Source of the DNA: Tubulanus polymorphus
Lineage: Eukaryota; Animalia; Nemertea
Length of the DNA: 64,000 nucleotides
Direction: 5' to 3'
Assembly: GCF_964204645.1 (NCBI RefSeq)
Contig: NC_134032.1
Coordinates: forward strand, 10,218,275 to 10,282,274
Below the pieces are notes generated by a model, which searched no databases, was not told where the DNA came from, and saw only the letters and a list, made by a program, of their open reading frames with translations. Numbering within the stretch: position 1 is the stretch's first letter; each line of letters begins with the position of its first letter. Position numbers and translations under genes: made by a program. Below, piece after piece: positions 52,476 through 64,000 of the stretch.

Positions 52476-55400
52476 TCACACAATTCCCGTCCAACGAATA
52501 GACGTGTACACTAGGTTGCCAGAGGTGCCTTCATCGTCGTCTACCGAGCATAGTAGTAGGGTTTTTTTAACATTCGTGCCCATGCGGCCCATGGACACGA
52601 TCTCCGAGGCGTTCATCGGGCCCGTGTACAGGCGACATACGGCTACGTACATCGAATGATACAGCGCCGGGTCACCTGCGAAAACAATAGAATAAATACT
52701 CCGTTAATTATTAGAATAAGTACGACACATTCAAAACCTGCATTTCAAGTGTGAAACTAAAGTCACGAATCATTTTAGAAAGATTACGGTAATTCTCGAG
52801 CTATTATTAATAGAATGAGTGCGGTTTTCTACTCGTACCCGGATAAACGAGGAAATCGCCGCCGAATTTGTTCCCGCTCGTGAGGAAATAACCTCGCCGC
52901 CAGAGATCCTCGAACACCCGACACCTCACACGCTGTCTGTCAGTTTGAGGATAACTCCACTCAACACGAGATACCTCACCATCAGAGGGCAACCAGTTAG
53001 CTGAAAATATACAACTTATGGAAATACACAATAGAAATAACTAGACTGCCTTCAAAAATCCCCCTATGACATCATCAGATTACCAAAATAGATGCTTCCA
53101 GAAAAGATAGCTGCCTTCATAAATTTTTTTTAACACCCTCAACCTGCTAAGTGCCACGCTGGGCATTATAAGCGGGACCAAATGGGGGAGAGACCAGAGA
53201 AGAACCTTCGACCAAGAAACTCTGTCGCCACCAGGGTTTGAACCTATAAACCCTGGATTGACGAGACCAGTGACGGCGGCTTAAACCACTCGGCCACTGC
53301 ACCTCTCAATATATCACCTATGGCATCATCAGGTTACACTTATATAGATACTTCAAGAAAACATGTCTACATCTATATCCCCCTATGACATCATTTAATC
53401 ACCCCATATACGGGTAGACACTTCTAGAAAAGATGGCTAACTCCTTTCATCTCCATATGACATCTTCAAATTACTTCCTAGCCACTTCCAAGTAAGATGT
53501 CCAATCCACCCCTAATAAATCCATCTATGACATTATCAAATTCACTCCAAGCCACATCCAGTTAAGATTTCAACCTCTGATAAATCCCCCTATGACATCA
53601 TCAAATTACGGCGCCGCTAGATACTCTTACCGGTTGGAATTTGAATCAGAGATTGAGATTCAGTGATTGGTTTGATTTGAATATCATCGACATTAAAATC
53701 ATTATCAGCTTCATCGTCATTATCATCATCGACCCCTGAAGTGACAAGGATAACGAGTGTAAGTAGGTTGCAGCTACCGCCTCAATCCGATCGGGATTCA
53801 AATCACCGCAGACACGAACCTCGTTTTAATTTACGCATTTTTGCCGCCTTCTTTCTCCTTCCTTCGATAATGCGGTCGCGGTTTTTTAAGATAACTCGTC
53901 TCCGTTCGGCTTTACACAACTCGACCTGAAAACCAGACACCCTTCTAGAAATGAATATGGCCACCAGCTTACACCCCTATGACATCATTGTCGACATTCA
54001 AGACAGTTTTGTAGGGTCAAAAGTTGTCCTGAATGGAGGAACTTGACCTGAAGACCCTTCCAGAAAAGATGAATGCCAATGTTATCATCGGAAGTCCCCC
54101 TATAAGAAATTTCAAGAAATAATGTAAACTCCATAAATCCCCCTATGACATCATTAGACTATCCTACCTGTTCTAGGAAACTGTTTTCTCTGAAATGTTT
54201 ATAGTTAGTGACTATTTGGTCTGAAGGGGTCTGCGGTATTTGACTGTCATCCACCAGTTCAGCTACACCTACAAACATATCTCAAGTTAATGAAACGCTG
54301 CCGTTCATTGGGTGTTGTTAATTTAAGTACTGTTGCCAGGCTGTTAATTCGGCAGATCCCTTCGATAGCCTCCAGTCAGTGCTGCCAGCTTCATGGGACT
54401 GTATATAGTTTGAAGTTCTGGCAAGAATAGAGTTAGTTTGTTGGCAGTCGCCTATCAGGCAACCACTCTGTAAAATAAAAGTGATTTATACTATTTCCCG
54501 CAGGTTGTTGTTTTGCATTTGTTGGTTGGTGGAGAAGCTCCAGGATAGACAAGGCATCAACTTCAAAGAGCTCCATTACAGTACATTTTAGTCAATTTAG
54601 ATAATTTGAATTAAACTCTTTAATGCATTGAATCGCTGCCCTCCCCCAACTTTTTAGTATTCAACCATTGTCGTAGCAGAACCCGTGTATCGTCTGATAT
54701 TAAGACTACCTCTCCTTCCCCTGGTTTGAATTAGCCGGGGTGTGAAGGGGCTATTTACCCCTTGGCAGAAGAATAGTCATTCAAAACAGACCTATTTTCA
54801 GTAAAAGGTTCACCTCTTCGGGCAGCAACTCCAAAGGTAACGACAGTTGAACATTTTGCCGCGGTTTTCGTGGTAGACAACCGATCAATGTACCGACGAT
54901 TCTGTGAACTTCGCGCAACTCCTGAGCATCTAAACATTAGAAAAAAAAAGAGTTTCATCATTCTAAAGTTTCAATAAAATCAAATTTTCGCAAAAATGAA
55001 TTCCTTTTCTATACATGTATTGATATTCGAATCTTCGCTTGAATAAATCTTCGATATTTTTGGTGATTTTCTTTGGCCACGGACTTCGCCGAACACAGGT
55101 GCCCCCCGCAAAACCTATGTTTTTTTACAATGTAGAATTCTATATGAGTTGGGAAGGGCACTCGCCTCTATTTATTCATTAAAACTTAAGACTGGCTGTG
55201 CGCTTCACCAAGTTTCCACTTTGACGTATAAGGTTTTTCAGGACGGTGAAAAAAATCGAAGTGGATATTTAACCGTATACGGCAAAGTAATTACATCTGC
55301 TATTTTACCGTACATTATTACTATATAGTATTAACTACTATAGTATTAACTATAGTATTAACAAAAACTACATTTTATTGGGTTAAGGGTTAGGGTTTCG

Positions 55401-55993
55401 ATAGGTTAGTGTCAAGAGGGTCCAGAGGGTTCCGTTCTACCCCTAGGAATAGGATTAGGGTAAGGTGAGGTAATATAGATAGTTAAAACATTCGGTTGGT
55501 TTTCAGCAAGCTTGGTTGTCTAGTGGTATGACGCTATGCTAGTGATTTACTGGCCCGGGTTTGAGTCTCGCTCTATCCGCTCTATTACCTCTGTGCGCAT
55601 GCGCGGCGTTAATCAGCCAATCAGCGACGATGCACGGTAAAATAGTGTAAATAAACACTCAGCCGTATACGGTAAAATATCCACTGCGTGAAAAAATTTG
55701 CCTAAAAATCTTGCGGTGTCTTAAACCGCTGCCTGAAAGAGGGGCTAGCATCAGGAAGGGGTGCCAGCAGTGATGTACTAGCGTAGGTGTAGACGTGTAC
55801 GGTGTACAATGATGCTTCGTTAGATTAAAATTCAATAAAGTCATTTTGATTTGAATTAGAATTTTTATAGTGTAGTGAGTCTGAGAAGAAAATCATTCAA
55901 TCGACGACCAGTATCGACACATTCTGAAGCTCCAATCATATTACCATTCGCATCCCACACATGCCCAGTTCCATCTTTTGCGTAAATCTTCAT
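52476..55993 (-). CDS. TSEN34: tRNA-splicing endonuclease catalytic subunit Sen34
   Basis: Exon 1 (55993-55945) MKIYAKDGTGHVWDAN | DAQELREVHRIVGTLIGCLPRKPRQN..LPLELLPEE ... VFEDLWRRGYFLTSGNKFGGDFLVYP | GDPALYHS..GRMGTNVKKTLLLCS..YTSIRWTGIV*. The Y/H/K catalytic triad is present. Confidence 0.93.
53040..54170. repeat. Clustered intronic repeat family (CCCCTATGACATCAT / AAGATGGCTG); also near 6050-6150, 8150-8450 and 63060-63180
   Basis: The motifs recur at about 60-bp spacing within introns. Confidence 0.65.
53124..53305 (-). mobile_element. tRNA-derived SINE in a TSEN34 intron
   Basis: A box TGGCCGAGTGG, B box GGTTCAAACCC, non-tRNA body and A-rich end on the minus strand. Confidence 0.7.
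55257..55688. mobile_element. Non-autonomous TIR element in TSEN34 intron 1
   Basis: TIR CGAAGTGGATATTTAACCGTATACGGC / GCCGTATACGGTAAAATATCCACTGCG, flanked by near-identical TGAAAAAA(A)T; internal TTAGGG-like tract. Confidence 0.75.
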
Positions 55994-57013
55994 TTTCTAA
56001 TCGCTGTCATCAGAGATACACGCCAGAAAAATTTTTTTTCGAAATGAAACAAGCCGCATCAAAAACATCCAGCCGGTGTATAGTTAGATTGTTTACGGCT
56101 AGCAGTAATCAAATTACTTGCGCAATGCATAGTTTCGAGTCCCAATATTTTAAGTTATTATAAAAGGGTAGGTCCCGGGTTCGAATCTATCCTGTCGGTA
56201 TTCGGAAACGGCCGGCTAGTGTATAACTGAAATAGTGTTGGACACAAATATTTTACTAATAAAACATAATCATGCTTCACCAAGAACCTTTGTCTGATGT
56301 ACCACAGAGTGGGTACACTAAGGATCGTAGAGCGACGTAGATCACTGTGGAGCCACACTACAGGACTGGGTGAAAATTATACACGCAACTTTAGGTTGTT
56401 CGGTGGTGTACCAGAACACCGTTTCAAGATGGCGGCTATGTAGAGGGCGCCATGGGACAATACAGTGAGAACAGGACCACCGCATACAACACGGGCCGAA
56501 AGCATCCGTAGCAACACTGGTATCAGTAGTATCATCGGTCTCTGAGAGGATCGGACAGTATCACTGGTAACAGTGGTATCGGGGTAGCAGTAGTATCATC
56601 GGTCTCTGAGAGGATCGGACAGTATCAGTGGTATCAGTGGTATCGGGGTAGCAGTAGTATCACCGGTCTCCTGAAGGATCGGGCAGTATCACTGGTATCA
56701 GTGGTATTGGGGTAGCAGTAGTATCACCGGTCTGGGAGAGGATCGGGCAGTATCACTGGTAACAGTGGTATCGGGGTAGCAGTAGACTTTTTTGCGCCGG
56801 ACACGTTTGATTAAACCGATATTTCGTTATAAAAGATCTCGTTGTAGCGAGGTTTGACTAGTATTACAGTGGAAATTTTATCGGTGGTACATGTATTTAT
56901 TTTCCAGAGTTGCAAAATTTGGTTTCATTTTTTGGTGCGCCGTATCCACTGCCTGGTAATACTCTCCGTACTAAGTTTTTTGACTTTGAATAGTACATAG
57001 CAGCTAAGGATCG

Positions 57014-57154
57014 GGGGCCAGTTGCACAGTTTGTGACTTAAGTCCAAAAGTGGTCTTAAATCTTAAGACTGGTCTCAAGTTGTTAGATTGGCTATAGAAC
57101 TAAGTTGGTCTTAGACTGGTCTTAAGTCTAAGCCATAACTATGCAACTGGCCCC
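57014..57154. mobile_element. PIF/Harbinger-like MITE nested in the foldback element; relative near 41855-41990
   Basis: TIR GGGGCCAGTTGCA / TGCAACTGGCCCC; TSD unclear. Confidence 0.7.
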
Positions 57155-58016
57155 TGGAAGATTTGTTGAAGGCGTATCAAATTATCTAACTTTATCGGGT
57201 AATCTCAAACTCAAGCGGGTACAGATCAGTCGTCAGGAAAGATATTCAAAAAAATATTCAACGCAGGCTTAAACTGCAAATAACCCTCTTTAAACTCTGT
57301 AAAAATTGGAAATATAGCTTTAAGAGATACTTAGATATTTTGAAATTAATGAATGTTGCGATTTCTTTTACGCGCGGTTAAGATATGCGGTCCTTGGGGT
57401 CACATCGTCAGTGTTCTCAATTGTTGCGTTCAAAAATTCCAAGAAACGCCAGCAAATATCTGCATTTCGTTTCCTTAAAAATGGTGTATAAATTAATTTC
57501 GTCGAGCAAGGGACTGCAGAACTATATGATATTCAATCTAAACTTATGATTAAAAATGAGTGCAAATTATCGCAACAATGGGGACCTCGAGGGACCGCCA
57601 CAAAATGGCGCCTAGAAACTGGAAACTTCTTTATTTAAAAAAAAATTAGTTAAGTCACAAGTCACTCACTAATTAGTGTTTCTCAATTTTAAACAGCCTA
57701 ATTAAGTATATTGTAAACAAACATATGCATCAATAAACCAATATCAAGATTGCAGATTAAGACTATGGAGAATAAATCATTGCTATTATGTACAATATAT
57801 GATACAATAAAATGTAAAGTAAAATGTAAATGATACCTGAGAAATATAATCACCAATGAAGTCATACAACACAAAAATATCAAAAGCATACAACGCAGTA
57901 ATGTATCAGATCATCACAGTTTTTATAACATTGAATGAACTACCATTGACCACAACTCAGCCTTAGTAGCATTGGTATTGAAAATATTTCACCAATTGAC
58001 TATCGGCTGTGTAAAT

Positions 58017-58758
58017 GAATCCGGGTCATAATACCTCCGCCCAAAATACCTCCACCCAAATATCCCACACCCAGAATCCCTCCACCCAGAATACCCTCAT
58101 ATGTGTCCAAAATACCTCCAGGCCCTAGATCTAATGGGTTTATGCCTGAAGGACAAAAATTTGAACCAATTAGAAATATAATTTTTTAGAATGAATATTT
58201 TGTCCCCCCCCCCAAGTTTTAATTTACAGGCAATACTCAAATAAACCAAAGTTCTATAGTTTAAAAGTAGTTAATTGAGCAAAACAAAGTATAATGTTAA
58301 TTTCAGTGATCATAGTTGCACTTAAATGGAAATGAACTGAATTCAGTGTGTAAAGCGAAATGTAGTACATTGTTTTCTTAGATTATAGGACTAATTAATA
58401 TTCTATAATCTAAATATTGAATAGTTTCCAGAGAAATCTAGCATAAGATTAAAGACATGAGATAAACTAATTAATATTCCCAACCAAAACTAATTGCAAG
58501 TGAACATTGTCATTAATTGTTATTCAATTATTATTCAGTAGGTTTATATATACCGTAATACATTATATATGATCCTATACATGTATAATAGTCAATATTG
58601 GTGGTACTTTAAACATCTAAATAATATAATTATAGTATTTTTTTTAAATTCTGGGTGGAGGTATTTTGGACACATATGAGGGTATTCTGGGTGTAGGGAT
58701 TCTGGGTGTGGGATTTTGGACGGAGGCATTTTGGGCGGAGGTATTATGGGCGTATCCC
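58017..58758. mobile_element. Nested TIR element with internally repetitive arms and 8-bp TSD GTGTAAAT
   Basis: CATAATACCTCCGCCCAAAAT..CCCAGAAT arms are inverted at 58650-58750; TSD at 58009-58016 and 58759-58766. Confidence 0.75.
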
Positions 58759-59934
58759 GTGTAAATAGAAGGTCCATCAAAATACCTATTTGTAAAATTC
58801 AACAACTTAAGTGTCATACTAAGTTGACCAGCACTGAGTAAGGCGGACGCAACTGTACACATATGGATGAAGAGTATAATTTGGTAACAGGTAAAAATCC
58901 CTCCTAGGTAAAAAAAAACCCAAAATCCCCCCAAATTTGATTTCACAGCAAAAGTCAATGAAATACTGTAATATTCTTTCGTTGAAAAACTTTAATAGTT
59001 TTGCAAAAATTTCCAATTTTCCCTGGTGTTTTTCACAATCACCTCGGATAATCTGTGTCTTTTACCGTGCAGTAAAAATCCCCTTGGTAAAAATCCCCAA
59101 TTCTTCAAAGTAGGTAAAAATCCCCCTCCTTCTGAATGTAGTTTAATTTTACTTGAGCCCATTACAGGATCGATAATTCAAATGTAGAACATTTGCGAAC
59201 AATTTGCGGAAGCGTGTAATATTTCATTTTAAAGAAGTAAATCACATTTTGCATTTTCCTGGATACGTCCTCGTCAAGTTTTATTACTATTATATTTTCA
59301 TCACTTGAATTAATTATTTTCTTTTGTAATACAGTCAACCCCCGATATACCATCCACATCGGTGAAGAAAATTTTGACGGTATAGAGAGTATGACGGTAT
59401 ATATCGTGGGTATTTTACTATGTATTTGTTAAGAGATGTACATTGCCCACAATTTAAATTTTTCATCAAATTTCGCAAATATCTGCTCAGGGTAAAGAAA
59501 CGTTCTGTTAATTCTGCTGTTCGCGGTAATCTGGGACAGTTCCCTCTACTTATAATTTTCTTGCCACTTATGGTCAAATAGTGGCTGTGCATCTGTAAAA
59601 TAGACAGTTCGACGATGGTATATAAAACGGCTAGTGGTAAAAATACTCAGGGTTAAATTCCCCTAAAATCCAAATTCCTCAAAGTAGGTAAAAATCGCCC
59701 TCCTTCTGAATGTAGTGTAAGTAGATACAATCTTAAGGTCAATTAATTCATATTTATGATACATATATCTAATTTATTATTGTGGAACATCTTAAGGATA
59801 TCATGATCATACAAACTTTGAATTAAAACATTACTACAAATTAACACAGTTCATCGCACATTTCAAATATACTACACTAGCTTGAATCTTAAATATCTAG
59901 AATTAAAAGTTCACTATTGCTTATAACTTCATGG

Positions 59935-61660
59935 CATACTGCCCGATCCTCTCCCAGACCGGTGATCCTACTGCTACCCCAATACCACTGATACCAGTGA
60001 TACTGTCCGATCCTTCAGGAGACCGGTGATACTACTGCTACCCCGATACCACTGTTACCAGTGATACTGTCCGATCCTTCTGGAGACCGGTGATACTACT
60101 GATACCCCGATACCACTGATACCAGTGATACTGCCCGATCCTTCTGGAGACCGGTGATACTACTGCTACCCCGATACCACTGTTACCAGTGATACTGCCC
60201 GATCCTCTCCGAGACCGGTGATACTACTGCTACCCCGATACCACTGTTACCAGTGATACTGCCCGATCCTCTCCGAGACCGGTGATACTACTGCTACCCC
60301 GATACCACTGTTACCAGTGATACTGGCCGATCCTCTCCGAGACCGGTGATACTACTGCTACCCCGATACCATTGTTACCAGTGATACTGCCCGATCCTTC
60401 TGGAGACCGGTGATACTACTGCTACCCCAATACCACTGATACCAGTGATACTGCCCGATCCTTCAGGAGACCGGTGATACTACTGCTACCCCGATACCAC
60501 TGTTACCAGTGATACTGTCCGATCCTTCTGGAGACCGGTGATACTACTGCTACCCCGATACCACTGATACCAGTGATACTGCCCGATCCTTCAGGAGACC
60601 GATGATACTACTGCTACCCCGATACCACTGTTACCAGTGATACTGTCCGATCCTCTCAGAGACCGATGATACTACTGCTACCCCGATACCACTGTTACCA
60701 GTGATACTGTCCGATCCTCTCCGAGACCGGTGATACTACTGCTACCCCGATACCACTGATACCAGTGATACTGTCCGATCCTTCTGGAGACCGGTGATAT
60801 ACTGCTACCCCGATAGCACTGATACCAGTGATACTGTCCGATCCTCTCGGAGACCGGTGATACTACTGCTACCTCGATACCACTGATACCAGTGATACTG
60901 TCCGATCCTTCTGGAGACCGGTGATACTACTGCTACCCCGATACCACTGTTACCAGTGATACTGCCCGATCCTCTCCGAGACCGGTGATACTACTGCTAC
61001 CCCGATACCACTGATACCAGTGATACTGCCCGATCCTTCTGGGGACCGGTGATACTACTGCTACCCCGATACCACTGATACCAGTGATACTGCCCGATCC
61101 TTCTGGAGACCGGTGATACTACTGCTACCCCGATACCACTGTTACCAGTGATACTGCCCGATCCTTCTGGAGACCGGTGATACTACTGCTACCCCGATAC
61201 CACTGTTAACAGTGATACTGTCCGATCCTCTCCGAGACCGGTGATACTACTGCTACCCCGATACCACTGATACCAGTGATACTGCCCGATCCTCTCGGAG
61301 ACCGGTGATACTACTGCTACCCCGATACCACTGTTACCAGTGATACTGTCCGATCCTCTCCGAGACCGGTGATACTACTGCTACCCCGATACCACTGTTA
61401 CCAGTGATACTGTCCGATCCTCTCCGAGACCGGTGATACTACTGCTACCCCGATACCACTGATACCAGTGATACTGTCCGATCCTCTCCGAGACCGGTGA
61501 TACTACTGCTACCCCGATACCACTGTTACCAGTGATACTGTCCGATCCTCTCCGAGACCGGTGATACTAGTGATTCCACGATACCACTGATACCAGCGAT
61601 ACTGTCCGATCCTCTCCGAGACCGGTGATACTACTGATACCCCGATACCACTGATACCAG
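59935..61660 (+). repeat. 64-bp minisatellite, about 27 copies (about 4 inverted copies at 56520-56785)
   Basis: Unit GATACTGCCCGATCCTCTCCGAGACCGGTGATACTACTGCTACCCCGATACCACTGTTACCAGT; period 64 (60191 to 60255). Confidence 0.97.
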
Positions 61661-62466
61661 TATTGCTACGGATGCTTTCGGCCCGTGTTGTATGCGGTGG
61701 TAATGTCCTGTTCTCACTGTATTGTCCCATCGCGCCCTCTACATAGCCGCCATCTTGAAACGGTGTTCTGGTACACCACTGACTAACCCAACTTTAATGT
61801 TCCAATATAGTTTCAAAATATAAACGCCCTCATTCCGTGACAAATGCCTTTATTTGTCATTCGTATCTATATCAGACATCAAAAATGGAATTAGAATTGT
61901 AATCGGATCCACTTCAAATTATTCTCGAATTTTGGATTTCAAGTCAGAACTGTATATTGTACAAGAAATCGAATTTCGCACCATATCTTTTGCCGACGTA
62001 TTTATTAACCGGAACAATCCTGAAAAAAAATGAATAAAAATAAACACATATTTCTACTCTGACTACAAACTTAGTCAATCTTTCAGACCTACATTAAATA
62101 AGATAGCAATAACAGAGGTGGATTAAGTCCCCCTATTTTTCCAAGATAACATATTATGGCACACTTTAATTTTGTTTTCGAATATTCACTCCTTTTGTAG
62201 TCGGCACCAAGGACGACGTTTTTTTTAATGATTCTTCAATAATGAAAATGCCATATACGGTACTGACACGTGAGTATCGTTGGAAGCTTACAACTCCAGC
62301 TACATGGAACTGAATTTCGTGTCCACGGAAACCGGTGCATTTCTTTCTTTCCTTCTTAACAGGTCGCGTTGGTCGAGAGCCCCGACAGGCGTTAATTGCC
62401 CCTTTGGGACTCGCTCTTCGAGTGCCGGTACTATAATGTGCTTACAACGAAGTTTTTGGGGTTATT

Positions 62467-63247
62467 CTAAATATCCGGATCTTTGCCCCTGAATAACGGA
62501 ACCTTTTCCATATATAAACTAGGTGATTTCAAACTAAGTGGTGTGCTAAAATAGTCTCCAGACAGGCCTATGCATGACCCTAAAGAGGTCCATGTTCGTC
62601 TTGCTTTAGGCCTACATAGATCGGATCTACTAAAGACTAACATAATCTCGGATTATTCATCTAACAAAGTTACGGCCTTTCTTGTGTTGCCCGACACTCT
62701 GAAAACAGCCAGTTCGTAATTAACACTTGTACAGTTTCATTTACCCCTCCATTCTCTTCTCGCATGGTACGACAGATACATTCAGGCTTGTCGTTATCCG
62801 CGGAGCATTCCTGGTCGGCGTAAAATCGGCACAGTTCGACGCACTCGTCCTCGGTGAGCCCAGTACAGCTTTGTTTACAGAAGCCATCGTCTCCTCGGCA
62901 AGTCTCATCAGCAATCTCACAGAGAGACACGCACGACGCATCTGGTCCACTGGGGCCGTTGCATTTTGTTTCGCAAGATTCCAACGCCCAAGCGTCAAGA
63001 GCCAAATACCCTAAAAAGATACGGCCAAACATTTCAGAAAGAAACTTCGGACATGTTTAAGGAGATGGCTTCATGAATCCCCTTTGACATCAACTAACTA
63101 CCTCTCTGCAGCACCAGCCATGATTCATTAAAAGGATTAGATCACAATTAAGTAAATTAATGGTGTCATAGGGGGAAGTCGACCGATCATGTGCCTACCT
63201 AGAACTACTAATCCACAAATTGCGCATAAACTTTTTCGAGAAGCCAT
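62467..63247 (-). CDS. Small secreted cysteine-rich protein of unknown family
   Basis: Exon 63247-63199 (MASRKSLCAICGLVVL) splices in phase to the exon starting at 63010 (GYLALDAWA-LESCETKC...); 13 Cys in the mature part. It ends either at the 62670 stop or, via CC|gtaac, in exon 62488-62467 (GKDPDI*). Confidence 0.72.
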
Positions 63248-64000
63248 CTTCTTTTCTACAAGACCGCTGAAAAAGACACGAAAACGAGTAACTGGGGAAG
63301 ATTGATTGCAGCATAAATCATTCTTTATAGATAAATTATCATGAAATGATACTTACATTTAACAAGTGAAGAAATGTAGTTGTTCAGTGCTATCGTTGCC
63401 TGGGTCTCAACTGAAGTGAGGCACTAGAGATTACGGAACACTCTTGATTTTCTGGAACAAGCTGCATTTGATGGTATCGATATGTACATAAAAAGTTCAT
63501 ACATGCCCATATTGATATAGCTCTACGTATGAGATTTTCATAAGTTTCTATACATTCGCGGCTTATGCATGCATACATACGTACGTACGTGTACATTGCC
63601 TTTAGCGATATGGAACTTAAAGCTTTGAACAGAAATTTCTGCATCAGATCTGCCTTTTCGGGCCTCATGTCATCCCATAAGGATCATCTATTGTAACCAC
63701 CTATTGTATCATATTATGTAGTACAGCTTCTTTTTCTCTCTCTTATGCTGCAACCACCATGACACGTAGACACAAACATATCAGTTGATAATAATATCAA
63801 GACAGCGTTTTCTTGTGTTCATCATAGCCTAGAGAACACCATGACAGTTATAACGGTTCTGTAGAGCATCGGTAAATTCTCGTTCAATTTTTTAAAGAAA
63901 ATGGAATTTGAAAGACGTAATTTCTATTTCAAAGAATCAGTACATATTACTAGGCCGAACATATCTATTTATTCTTTATTTGTCATCTGGAAAACCGGAA

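Larger units (their letters stand above)
56394..61788. mobile_element. Foldback-type non-autonomous DNA transposon, 5,395 bp, with 8-bp TSD CAACTTTA
   Basis: TSD at 56386-56393 and 61789-61796; GG...CC termini; ~130-bp near-perfect outer TIRs continued by inverted 64-bp repeat arrays. Confidence 0.9.

Noticed and set aside
53215-53305. Possible tRNA gene
   Set aside because: A and B boxes are present, but there is no convincing cloverleaf and a SINE-like body and tail follow.
55380-55470. Interstitial telomere
   Set aside because: Only a few degenerate TTAGGG units, lying inside a TIR element.
59935-61660. CRISPR-like regular array
   Set aside because: Contiguous 64-bp tandem units with no unique spacers and no cas genes, in a eukaryotic context.

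Overview
AT-rich, intron-containing animal (probably marine invertebrate) genomic DNA; not prokaryotic. Genes reconstructed by eye from splice sites and motifs: N6AMT1/HEMK2 (-) head-to-head with XRCC5/Ku80 (+, with a U12-type intron); a THEG-repeat gene (+) whose very large intron 2 holds four antisense single-domain TIMP-like genes; TSEN34 (-); and a small secreted Cys-rich protein (-). Structural features: an apparently identical 7,275-bp tandem duplication (14725-21999 / 22000-29274); a ~9.4-kb inverted-repeat-bounded array rich in tRNA T-arm/B-box motifs, with a spacer found in both orientations; a 5.4-kb foldback transposon with 8-bp TSD and 64-bp minisatellite arms; plus LINE fragments, MITEs and a SINE. 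Exon coordinates are manual; repeat limits are approximate.
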